From Azolla caroliniana (Eukaryota > Plantae > Polypodiophyta): DNA of 64,000 nt. The translations under genes and the position numbers were made by a program. Of the stretch, positions 22,551-34,262 are shown piece by piece (the stretch's first letter is position 1; every line of letters begins with the position of its first letter). The DNA lies in NCBI GenBank assembly GCA_043228905.1, contig JBHGNT010000003.1, positions 20,708,001 through 20,772,000 on the forward strand, read 5' to 3'. A model generated the notes under the pieces. It saw only the letters and a program-made list of their open reading frames with translations. It made no database searches and was not told the DNA's origin.

Positions 22551-25500
22551 TCATTCCCCGCCCGTCGGTTCTTCCTCGGTTTCAGATCGTTCGTCGTCGC
22601 GGTCCAGGTTAACCGGATCCGGCTCGTCGTCGTGACGCTTCTTGAACGCTTTGATCCGCTTCCCAGCTACCGGTATCGCCATTCTCGTGCCGTCGAGTTC
22701 CGCCAGATGGTACGTCCCATTGTCGTTGGCGCTTTGGACCACGTAAGGCCCGAACCACCTTCTTGCAAACTTCCGTGTCGCTCGGTGCTGGTTGTCGAGG
22801 CTGCTGTCGTAGACTAGCACCCAGTCGCCTTCCTCGATCTTCTTTGGTCGGAGCCGGTGCGTCCGGTCGAACTGGGCTTTGTTCCTCGTCCTTGCCGCAC
22901 GAAGCTTTCCCGCAGCCTGCTCCACGTCTTCCGGTCTTCTCTCGAGCTGTCGTATGCGCGCCGCCAACAGTTCCTCCCGGCTCATCTCGTTTTTCCAGTC
23001 CATGGTTGCCCATGAGGAGATTGTACGTTCCATCGGCATGATCGGCTTCTACCCAAACATGAGCTTTGCCGGCATGAATCCGGTTACCGAACTGTGCGTG
23101 GTTCGGTCCGCCCACAACGCGTAAGGCAACAGCCGCGGCCAGTTCCCGACTTGACCTCCGCATGCCTGAACTAACGCCTTGACGATCGGTCCGTGTCTGC
23201 GCTCCACCTTCCCATTCGCCTCCGGATTGTACGCAGTGGTAAGCGAGAGCTTGACTCCTAGCCGGTCGAACAACTCCTCAGCCTCTTCGGCGTCCAACTC
23301 CTCGCGGTCAGCCACGATCTTCCCGACGCACCCGTACTGGCATATCACGTCCTCGATCAGGAACCGACATACGGCCGCGGTCGTTTTGTTCTGAAGGGCT
23401 CGGCCTTCCACCTGGTTCGTCAGATCTTCCCGAGCCAGGACCAGATACCGCATCTGTCCTACTCCCATCGGCATCGTCACCAGGTCTACCATCCATTTGA
23501 AGTGGATGGTCGGAGGGTACGTAGGGTGAAGCTCGTCCCAATGTCGGACTATGGAGTGCATCTGACCGCTCTCACAAGTTGTCACGAACCGATGCACGTC
23601 CCGGTACAGTCCCAGCCACCAGTACTTCCCCTTTATCTTCTCGAACGTGGCCCACTTCCCACGGTGTCCAACCCAAGGGCTGTCGTGGTAGGCCGTCAAC
23701 AGCTCCTCCTGTTCTTCCTTCATCGTCACCACCCGGAGCGGGACGTCGTTCCTCTTCTTCGGGTGCTTCCATAAGTATCCGTCCCGGAGAAAGAATCAGT
23801 ATGCTTTCTTCCGGATCCGGTTGGCCTCGTCCCTCGTCCATGACGCATCCGGCGTCATTGTCCTCAAAAACCCACCGATCTGTAGCCACTCGCCGTCGTA
23901 CTTGCTCTCGTCGAAGCTGTTAAGTGCCGGAGTGCTCGTCCCATCGGTTGTCACGTACGCCGCCTCGAAGAAGTCCACGCCGACTTCTTCGTCCTCCAAA
24001 ACCATGCCGCCCTCGTCATCAAACCTCGCCCTCGAAAGCATGTCGGCCATGGCGTTGTCCTTTCCGAAAATGTGTCGTATTTCCGGGTCCAGGGACTTGA
24101 TGTACGCTATCCACCTGAGCATCGCCAGGTCCGGTGTCGCGCATCCGGAAACCATGCCGAGAATGGGCAGGCAATCCGTCTCGATAATCACTTCTGTCCC
24201 GATCAGGTAGTCTTTGTCGACCTTTACTGCCGAAACGATACCCCAGAGTTCGCGTTTAACCTGGGCGTACCCTCGCTGTCGCTCACTGAGGACCTTCCCG
24301 CCGAATCCGATCGGGAACCGAATGCCGTCCTCGTCTTCTTGGTTGACGACCCATCCGATCCCGGTCGGACTCGTATCCACCGTTATGTAAACCGGGGTAC
24401 CCTTCTCGTAGACAGCCTTCCGGAGCGCCGGTGCTGCCGCAAGAGCTTCCTTCAGCTTCCGGACCGACTCCGTGTGCTCGTCTCGCCACCCGAATTTTCG
24501 CCCCTTCTTCAGCAACCCGTATAGCGGTTCCGCAACGTGGGTGTAATGCGGGATCCATATGTGGTAGAATGCGCATGCCCCTAGGAACCTCCGAACTTCC
24601 GTAACCGAGCTACAGTTGGTCTTCATCGCGGAGATGGCTTCTACCTTTGCCGGAGACGGCTTCCAGCCATATGGTCCACATAGGTGTCCGACCACCAGGA
24701 TTTCTGATTGCCCGAAGGCCGATTTCTCCCCGGAGAAGGTGAGCCTCGCATCCTCTAGCCTTTGTAGCACCTTCTCGCAGTCGTCGATGTGTGTTGCCAC
24801 GAATCGCCGGCATCCGTCCGGCCCGAGTGTCGCGTCCTTCTCTTCCACCGGGCACCCCTTGATCGGGATGTCATCTAGAAATGGCATGGTGATGTCCGGG
24901 ATGCAGTCCCTCAGTACCTTGTTCATTGCATTCACCATGTGGGCCACCGAGTTGGTCCCTCCTTGCGGCAGGGTACACATTCGCACTAGGCCGAGGGGAG
25001 TTCGCATCGTCGTAATGTCTCTACTCTCCACGGCTAGCTGGAACTGGTCGTACCCCGAGTACAGATCACCGACCGAGTAAATCGACCTTCCGGCAAAGGC
25101 CTCCGCGAACTCGTCTATGGTCGGTCCGATTCCTGCGTTCCGAATGGTCACTCTGTTGACCGGCTGCAGGTCTTGAATGAAGCGCAATGTTCCGTTTTTC
25201 TTTGGTACGGTAAACCATCAGTTCGAGTATGGGGCACTCGACGGTTCGAGAATGCCCATATCGACTTTTTGCCTCAATAGCTCCATCAACTTCGAGATGT
25301 GAGCTCTCGGTACTAGAATCGGCTTGAGATTCCACGACACATGCAGTACCGTGAATATCACCATCGGCTCCACGATTGTCGGGTCTACGCACATGATCTC
25401 TTCCGGTGAGAATGCGAAGGCTTTCCCGTGCCTTCCGAGCATTCTCCGAAACCGGTCTTCCTCCGCCGGCAGTAAGAACCCGCCCCCACCGATTTTGAGC

Positions 25501-26054
25501 TCCCAGAGCGTCTCGTCGGTGAAGGTGTGTCCTATGCAGACCGGATCTCGTAAGCTGGGGTCCGACGCAACCCCTCTGATTCGGGACTCGCTGCCCTCCG
25601 GTAAGTGTGCCGCGACTGGCCTTACCTTCCGGTCCACAGTCTTGTACTTCGTGCTAACTCAGGCCGTCCGACCCGACCGGAGCCCCTGACTGAAGTTCGC
25701 GATGACTTCGTACATCTCTTCGGAACATACCGGTATCGTCCGGTCTTCATTACGGTTTTCTCCGGCTACCTTCCTCAGCATCCCCAAGGTGTCGTCGAAG
25801 GAGACCGCCTCCACAGCTCCGCTGATTTCCTCGTCCGGGCCGAGAACTCCGCACGCTCGAAGTCGTACTTCCGCCCTTGCTTTTTCTCGGCCAACGATGC
25901 CGACTATCATACACCCTCCGTTGTCGGAGAAGCAAAAATTTCCACCTACCGTACAGGGTTTCTTCGGTTTCGGTTCTATCGTACAGTTGTGGGGTCTTTC
26001 CTGAGTGTTCGAACTGTCTCGGCCCCACGCCTTGGCAGCCCTCTCTAAAAATCC
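22551..26054 (-). pseudogene. pol (RT-RNaseH-integrase) of inner Gypsy, one frame with four premature stops
   Basis: ORFs 25659-25910, 25218-25637, 23796-25187, 23049-23732, 22551-23039 are all in one frame, separated by TGA/TAG explainable as C>T changes; integrase YNPEANGKVER and WFGPY. Confidence 0.92.
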
Positions 26055-27573
26055 TCCCGGTTCTCGCCACCGAGGGATTCGCGGTTTCGCTCGTGGTTCA
26101 GTCGCACCGTCAGAAATTGGACCGAATGGCGCCCGTCCTGGCTTTTGACCCTCGCGTAGGCCGAACCGTTGTCCAGCACCTTGGTCTCCATTCGCGCCGC
26201 CGTGATGTATGGTTCCCCTAATATGACCGGGTGCGAGGACGTCTCCTGTACGAAGAAGTGCTGGTCAATCTCGACGTCGCCGATCTTGACTCGCACGTTC
26301 GGGCAGGCCCCATGCAGTTCCTCGGTGGCGCGCGTCGCCGCCCGTATCTTCCACCCGTGCTTGGTGTTGATCGGCCACTTTCCCTTCTTATAGAAGTCCA
26401 TGGACATCAGGTTTATTTCCGAACCGTGGTCCACCAGTGCCACCACCGGTTCCTGAACATCTCCGATCTTTACCGGGGTCTCCGTGGTCGCTCGGGCCCA
26501 GTGCGGCCTTGAATAGTGGCTCTCCGCCCACTCATCTTCCAGCGCCATGTCGTCGATGTGCGTCGTCCGCACCTCCACCGGTCTTTCCGGTTCCGTCTCC
26601 GTCGACAGCCTCTTCTGTTTCACCAGGTCCACAATGGAGTCGTGGAACTCCTTCTGGGCGATCCCTAGCACCTCCCGCAACGACAGCTCCACTTTGCTGT
26701 CGAGGATCCGTTCTTCTAGGACCTTTCGTAGGTCTGTGGTCCTTTCTATTTTTGTCCCCAGTCGGTATCCACCCTTCCTGGGGTTATCTTGCGCGCTGGA
26801 CCCACCGGCTTCGTTCCGTCGTTGCCCGAATCGGGTCTCGTATCGCTGTGAGGGCTCGGCCGCTCCGGCTTTCCCCACTCGTTTGTCTTCTACCAGAGCC
26901 TCATAGTTCCGGCAGGCGGCTTCTACGAAGCCCGTCTTCTCCTTGACCGGGTCGCTCCACCCGGTTATTTCCCGGACCCGTCTCTCAGCGCGGTTCACTT
27001 CATCTTTCCTCAGTCGTGCGCCGGCGAGGCCTTCCAGCATTGCCGACCAGGATCCGGCTTTGCTCTCCTTTCGGGCCTCGCTGCCCCCGACCCGAATACC
27101 AGCCGATGCCGAGTAGTGGACGGTCTCCACGTGTTGGGCCGCTGCCTCTTCCATCAGTCTCTTCATACCTCCTTGCTCGTCGTTTCGGTTTAGGGCCCTT
27201 CTGGTGTCACTGGCGTGCACCCGGCCTTCCCACAGGTACACCACCCGGTTCCTCAATGCCTCTTCGAAATTGCCGTAGTCCTTTCGAATGTGGCCGACCT
27301 CGTCGCACCACATGCACCTGTTACCTGCTGCCGGCCGTCGGTCACGAGCCGGTTCGCCGCCTTCCCTTCGAGTCTGGGCGATCTGGAGATCCTTTATCGC
27401 CCGCGTCAACTCCTCCAGCGCTGGTCCTCCGGACGAGTCATTGACCATGCCGGTCGAAGCCGAACCGGTTTCGAGCCACTCCCGGGTCTCTACCCTTCGC
27501 CCTTGCGGTGCCGGTTCAAGCCTCCTTGCAGTGACAGAGCCCGCACCGGCCGCTCCATTGTCAGCCCATTCTC

Positions 27574-30500
27574 TGTTGGGATTACGGTCCCTCCGGATGG
27601 GATGGTCAGATGTCCGGGAATTGGGAATGAAGACCCGAATGAGTAGTACCCGGTATCAGAGCCGGATGATGAAGACCCGGTTTCGGATCCGGATGATGAA
27701 GACCCCGACTACGGAGCCGGATGACGAATGTACCCGGAGAGAGATCCGGATGCGGGGACATATTTGTGAATATGTTTGCCAAGGGCCCTCTAGGCTATAC
27801 TTGTAAATAGCCCGAAAGTCATATGTGTATAAATATGACTTAGGGCAAACAGTTTTGTTGTTGTTGCTCATTTTTCTGTTTTCCACTTAGAGGGAGCGAA
27901 GTGAGAGCAGCCGAGAGAGAGAGTGAGAGAGAGAGAGAAAGGAAGAGGTCGACGCCTCTGTGTAATACCGCCGCCTGTGGCGAGGACAGCGAGCTCAAGG
28001 TCGTCGCCTTGCAGCTCGCCATTGTACATTCACTGCGTATAGTGATAGTTGGAGTCTTGCACTCCCGTGGTTTTTCCCGTCTAGGGTTTTCCACGCTAAA
28101 CCCTGTGCATTCGAGTCTCTCTCTGTGTTTTCGATTTACTACTGCATTGATTCGCGTTTCCTCGGTTGTGGCCGAGAGGTGAAAGTTTTTTTGAAAGCGT
28201 AAATCTCTAACAATCTGGTATCAGAGCGACTGCAGTGCAGAAAATGGAAGGCGGCAGCAGCGGGCAGCCGGGGATGATAGTGCTGAATGCGCAGAACTAC
28301 GCCGACTGGAAGATAAAGATGGAGGATTTGCTCATTGTTCGGGACCTGTATGAACCGATCGACAGGTCGGAAATACCCAAGGGGGTACTTGAGACGGAAT
28401 GGAGGCTTCTGAACCGGAAAGCCGTTGCAACCATTCGGCAATACGTCGACGTGAGCGTTCTACAACATGTGGCGAACGACACCAACGCATATGAGATGTG
28501 GCAGAAGCTGTCGGGCCTCTACGAGAGGAAGAATGCGTTGAACAGGACCTCCCTGATGAGGAAGATAGTGAACCTCAAGTACCGGGACGGCGAGAGTATG
28601 GTGGAACACGTAAGCACGTTCATGGGATTCGTGAACCAGCTTGCGGCGATCAAGTTCCCGTTGGAGGATGCAATGCAAGCCATCATCCTGATGTGTACAT
28701 TGCCGGCAAGTTGGGAGAACTTGGTGGTGACTCTCAGCACCTCCTGCACCGAAGATAACTTGTCCCTACAAACGGTAAAGACAAGCATTTTGAACGAAGA
28801 AGCGCGTCGGAGAGATAAAGAACCGGCCTCCGATCCGAAGATGCTGCTTGCCGAATCGGATCGGGGAAGACAACGGAACCGGAGTCCGCAAAGACGGGAG
28901 AAGTCGGGGACCCGGTCGCAGTCAAGAGGAAGGCCCACATGCTTCCACTGTGGGAAGCCGGGGCACTTCCGAAAGAATTGTCGGCATTACCGAAAAGACA
29001 ACGGAGCCGACGACACCGATTCGAAGAAGTCTTCGGAACGGAACGGAGCTTACCGGGGAGCCACGGACCGGAATGGTTCGGATCGGCGAGGGCAGGACCG
29101 GAAAGGAACGACGGCACTCGCGGCAAGTGAAGAGGAGATCATGCTCATCACCGAAGAAGGTGAACTAAACATTGCCGGCGATGAGACTACCTGGGTGGTT
29201 GATTCCGGAGCGTCGTTCCACCTGACCCCGGAAAGAAGATACTTCTCATCCTACACAGCCGGTGAGCATGGCTGTGTTCGGATGGGAAATGAAGGTATGT
29301 GCCGGATTGCCGGCATAGGAGACGTGTGGTTGACAACCTCGACCGGATGCAAAATGTTGCTGAAGGATGTCTGACACGTTCCGGAGGTTCGATTGAACCT
29401 GATTTCGGCCGGGAGGCTAGATGATGAAGGCTACACAGGTAGCATCCGGAACTGCGTAATGAAGTTCAGCAAGGGGAGCCTGATAGTGGCTCGGGCCCGG
29501 AAAGTCAACACACTGTACCTTATGAATGCCTGGTTGTGTCCGGAGGAGTTGAACGTGGCAGCCGACACTGCCGGTGAGCTGTGGCACAAGAGACTGTGCC
29601 ACATGAGTGAGAAGGGGATGAAGAGGCTTGCAGAAGACAACCTTATTCCAGTGAAGCATGTGCACCTGGAGAAGTGCACCGATTGCCTGGCCGGTAAGCA
29701 GAACCGAACCTCCTTCCACTCAAGGCCACCGACGAGACGTAGCGCACCATTGGAGTTGGTGCACACTGACGTGTGTCAAGTAGAAACGAAGTCACGTGGC
29801 GGAGCCCAGTACTTCGTGACATTCATTGATGACCACAGCCGGAAGCTGTGGACGGCACCACTGAAGACAAAGGACCAAGTGTTGTACGTCTTCAAAGAAC
29901 TCCACGCGAGAGTGGAAAGGGAATCCGGCAAGAAGTTGAAAGCGATACGAGCGGATAACGGAGGGGAATACCGGGGGCAGTTCGAGGAGTACTGTCGCTC
30001 GAAGGGAATCCGGCTCGAGTTTACTGTGCCGAAGACGCCGGAACTAAACGGACTGGCCGAGAGGATGAACCGGACCATAATGGAGAGGGTCCGGAGTATG
30101 CTGGCGCATGCGAAATTACCCAAGGGGTTTTGGGCTGAGGCAATGTCGACGGCGACATACGTGATAAACAGATCACCCTCAGTACCTTTGGACGGAGACA
30201 CGCCGCAGAGACTGTGGACCGGTAGGGAAGTATCCTACCGGCATCTGAAGGTGTTCGGGTGTCTCGCATATGTGCATGTGGCAAAGGACCGGAGAGGAAA
30301 GCTAGATCCAAAGACCCGGCCATGCATATTCCTCGGTTACGGCGATGACGAGTTCGGCTACCGAGTATGGGACCCGGTCGACAAAAAGATATTCCGGAGT
30401 CGTGATATCATCTTCATGGAGGACAAGACACTCGCCGACTGGGAGTCGGAGAAGAAGATAAAGAGCTCCAAGTCGACCGGTGAGGATCAACTCTACGAGG

Positions 30501-32966
30501 AGCAGTCCCGACCGGCAAGGGACCGGTTAGCACTCGAGGATCCGGCCGAAGACGGTGAAGAAACAGAACCGGCCGAGGAAGATGAAACTGATACCGGAAC
30601 CGGCCCCGATCCCGAAATGGATTCGGATGAAGAGGAAACGGAGGAGCCGGTTACCGAAGCTCCGGAACAGAGATATCCTCTAAGAGAGAGAAGGCCCCCC
30701 CGGAGATTTCCGGAACCAGAGCACGTGCTGCTAACCGACGAGGGGGAGCCGGAGAGTTTTGAAGAAGCAAAGCTTGACACCCATAGCCACAGGTGGTTAA
30801 GTGCCATGCAGGAGGAGATGGATTCCCTGCATGAGAACCACACATATGAACTTGTGGAGTTGCCGAAAGGAAAGCGGGCACTTCGAAACAAGTGGGTGTT
30901 CAAGCTGAAACCGGGAGATGCCGGAAACCCCCCGAGATACAAAGCCAGGATCGTGGTGAAGGGGTTCCAGCAGAAGAAGGGCGTTGACTTCGACGAGATA
31001 TTTGCCCCGGTAGTGAAGATGACCTCCATCCGGACGGTGCTGAGCATAGCGGCAAGCATGGACCTCGAGGTAGAACAGATGGACGTGAAGACGACATTCC
31101 TTCACGGTGACCTCGAAGAAGAGATCTACATGCAGCAACCGGAAGGATTCGAGAAGAAAGGGAAGGAGCACCTGGTATGCCGGTTGAAGAAGAGCCTTTA
31201 CGGATTGAAGCAGGCTCCCCGGCAATGGTACCGGAAGTTCGACTCTTTCATGACCAACGAAGGGTACCACAAAACGCAGTCCGATCACTGCGTGTTTGTG
31301 AAGAAGTTCGAAGGAGGAGACTTTCTAATACTCCTCCTGTACATGGACGACATGTTGATCGTCGGACGGGACCAGGTCAAGATACGGATGCTGAAGAAAG
31401 CGCTTCACCGAACCTTCTCAATGAAGGACCTGGGTCCGGCGAGGCAAATACTAGGGATGCACATCATCCGGGACCAGAAGAAGAAGCAGTTGTGGCTGTC
31501 ACAGGAGAAGTACGTGACAAAGGTGCTTCACCGGTTCAACATGTCGGAAGCAAGACCGGTCGGGTCAACCCTCCCGGCAAACTGCAAACTGTCCAGCAAG
31601 CAAAGCCCCAAGACAAAGGCTGAGAAGGAGGACATGATGAAAGTACCATATGCCTCTGCCATCGGAAGCTTGATGTACGCAATGGTGTGTACAAGACCGG
31701 ACATAGGATATGCAGTCGGAGTGGTGAGCCGGTACATGAGCAATCCCGGCAAAGAGCACTGGAACGCGGCCAAGTGGATACTCCGATACTTGAAGGGCAC
31801 GGCAAACGTGTGCCTCCGATTCGGCTCCGGTAAGCCCGAACTCGACGACTTTACCGATTCGGATATGTCGGCTGACGCAGATACCAGCCGGTCCACATCA
31901 GGGTATGTGATGACGTATGCAGGGGGAGCTGTTTCGTGGCAGTCGAGGCTGCAGAAGACGGTTGCGTTGTCAACCACGGAGGCGGAGTACATGGCGGCTG
32001 TTGAAGCCGGCAAGGAAATAATATGGATGAAGGACTTCATTAGAGAGCTCGGTATCCGGCAGGAGGAGTACCGACTCTACTGCGACAGTCAGAGTGCCAT
32101 CCACCTTGCGAAGAATGCGGCCTATCACTCCCGGACGAAGCACATCCAGAGAAGATATCACTGGATCCGGGAAAGGATAGAAGACCAGGAGTTCGTGCTG
32201 ACGAAGATCCACACGGACGAGAACGGGTCAGATATGCTGACCAAAGTGCTCACACCCGACAAGCTGGAAGCGTGCCGGAAGAGGGTCGGACTGGAAAGAC
32301 ATCCCATGCCGAAGTGAAGGGGGAGCTTGTTGGGATTACGGTCCCTCCGGATGGGATGGTCAGATGTCCGGGAATCGGGAATGAAGACCCGAATGAGGAG
32401 TACCCGGTATCAGAGCCGGATGATGAAGACCCGGTTTCGGATCCGGATGATGAAGACCCCGGCTACGGAGCCGGATGACGAATGTACCCGGAGAGAGATC
32501 CGGATGCGGGGACATATTTGTGAATATGTTTGCCAAGGGCCCTCTAGGCTATACTTGTAAATAGCCCGAAAGTCATATGTGTATAAATATGACTTAGGGC
32601 AAACAGTTTTGTTGTTGTTGCTCATTTTTCTGTTTTCCACTTAGAGGGAGCGAAGTGAGAGCAGCCGAGAGAGAGAGTGAGAGAGAGAGAGAAAGGAAGA
32701 GGTCGACGCCTCTGTGTAATACCGCCGCCTGTGGCGAGGACAGCGAGCTCAAGGTCGTCGCCTTGCAGCTCGCCATTGTACATTCACTGCGTATAGTGAT
32801 AGTTGGAGTCTTGCACTCCCGTGGTTTTTCCCGTCTAGGGTTTTCCACGCTAAACCCTGTGCATTCGAGTCTCTCTCTGTGTTTTCGATTTACTACTGCA
32901 TTGATTCGCGTTTCCTCGGTTGTGGCCGAGAGGTGAAAGTTTTTTTGAAAGCGTAAATCTCTAACA
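27574..32966 (+). mobile_element. Young Ty1/Copia retrotransposon (Tto1/Tnt1-like) nested in inner Gypsy gag
   Basis: 639-bp LTRs 27574-28212 and 32328-32966 (3 mismatches seen), TG...CA ends; TSD TTCTC at 27569-27573 and 32967-32971; PBS TGGTATCAGAGC 28216-28227; PPT GAAGGGGGAG before 3' LTR. Confidence 0.97.
28244..32317 (+). pseudogene. Copia gag-pol with a single in-frame nonsense codon
   Basis: CFHCGKPGHFRKNC, WVVDSGAS, WHKRLCH..CTDC, integrase core, RT LKKSLYGLKQAPRQW / YMDDML, RNase H. TGA at 29372-29374 replaces the conserved Arg of KDVRHVP; both ORFs share a frame. Confidence 0.95.
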
Positions 32967-33591
32967 TTCTCGCCGTTTGTCGAAACGGCCACAGACTCTC
33001 TTAACCGCAACCCAGTCGGTCGTCAGTCCGTCTTCGGTTTCCAGCAAGGAGCCGACTTGATCCCGGTCCCGCTCGTCCACCGACTTGACGAACAGTAGGA
33101 CCCGGCTCGTATCCAGAACGGTTCGGTCAAGCGCCGAAAGGCGCGCAAAGCGTTCCTCAAACTCCCGGAGGAGTGCCGACGCGTTTCTTCCCTTGCCGGG
33201 GGACTCCACCCATCCCATGAAGTCCCGTTTCGAAAGCCGGAGCGCGTCGTCCAGCCCGTATTTTTCTAGGAGTCGGCCTTCGAACTCCTCCCAGGTACGG
33301 CTCTCCTCCCGTACCTCGAGCACCTCCACATGGATGCTCGGCATCGCCACTCGAGGGAACCCGACAAGACGCCTCTCTTCCGGAATGTCCCGCATCAGCA
33401 TTTCTGCCCCGTAGGACGCCAAATACTTCGTAGCATCCTTTCCGCTGAACCGGCCGATCGTACCGACGACCACCTCAATGGCTCTGTCGAGGGCGCCGGT
33501 GCCCTCGCGTGCGCTCAATATCTGATCCACGGCCGAAGCCATGGCCTCCGCCAGATCCGACCCCTTCATCTTCTGCTCTTCTGCCGCCTCC

Positions 33592-33609
33592 TTCACGTCG
33601 GGTTCACCA
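33592..33609 (-). other. Primer-binding site complementary to tRNA-Trp
   Basis: + strand TTCACGTCGGGTTCACCA equals the 3' 18 nt of plant cytosolic tRNA-Trp(CCA) as I recall it; 3 nt from the 5' LTR. Confidence 0.88.
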
Positions 33610-33612
33610 AGA

Positions 33613-34262
33613 TGTCGAGGTACTCCTCGCGGATGTGTGGAATGAGGCGGGACCTCGGGGGTCTTGTACCGAAGAGCAAGAGAGAAAGGAGAAGGGAAGG
33701 GACCCACTACGTGCGAGCGTAGATCCACAGGGACACGGCCCTTCGATACGAAGACGCGAGCGGGGAAACCAACACAGAGAGGCACGAAGGTATGTATGTA
33801 TATATATTAACAGAGACAAACAACAAGAAGCGCGAAGTCGGTTACAACCGAACAGGCCGGCGAACAGATGCCGATGCCTGTTCGCAAACGCTCAGAAAGA
33901 AAAGGGGTAGGTTGGAGGTGCTGCCGGAAGCACTCGGGCATTCCTCAGAGCAGCGCGAGCCTCCCGAAAACCTGCACAGAAAGAAGCTACGGAGTCTTGG
34001 AAGAGAGCGAAGCCTTCGGCCGAAAACCCGACAACACTTCGTCCTCTCTATCGTTGATCCCCTTCCTCCTTCTCGTCTCCCTCCTTTTATAGGCAAGAAA
34101 GGAGTCGTTTCCCATTAACTTCCTGCCTACCGAATCTACCTACGTAGGATCTTCTATGTACCTAATTCTCTCTTACGTACAACATAAGGCGTACGTGCAT
34201 GAAGAGCCGGTTCCTACGCTCCGGTGCACCGATTCCGCTTGTGGACGGTTTTCTTCACGACA
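33613..34262 (-). repeat. 5' LTR of inner Gypsy
   Basis: Matches 21828-22477. Confidence 0.95.

Larger units (their letters stand above)
26045..33569 (-). pseudogene. gag-protease of inner Gypsy, split by the Copia insertion
   Basis: ATG at 33569 (MKGSDLAEAM...); reads to the Copia junction and resumes at ~27570; damaged knuckle CMWCDEVGHIRKDY; protease ALVDHGSEINLM...ILGEPY; stop TAG 26047-26045. Confidence 0.88.
21828..34262 (-). mobile_element. Non-chromoviral Ty3/Gypsy element (Phygy/Selgy- or fungal Ylt1-like), tRNA-Trp primed, nested in chromovirus leader
   Basis: 650-bp LTRs 21828-22477 and 33613-34262 (about 9 mismatches); 4-bp TSD ACGC at 21824-21827 and 34263-34266; PPT next to 22477; PBS 33592-33609; RT LPQGGTNSV and PFLDDIPIKGC; no chromodomain. 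Lineage name is inference. Confidence 0.93.

Noticed and set aside
29372-29374. Possible programmed read-through of the Copia TGA
   Set aside because: It replaces the conserved Arg of KDVRHVP (CGA>TGA) and lacks a CARYYA context; simple nonsense mutation.
31339-31356. Retrovirus-like YMDD in the Copia RT
   Set aside because: One G>A change from the Copia YVDD; the rest is ordinary Copia.
21784-34118. Many alternative-frame and antisense ORFs in the nested elements, including possible env-like or extra ORFs
   Set aside because: Expected in GC-rich coding DNA; pol ends ~70 nt from the LTR, leaving no room for an extra ORF.
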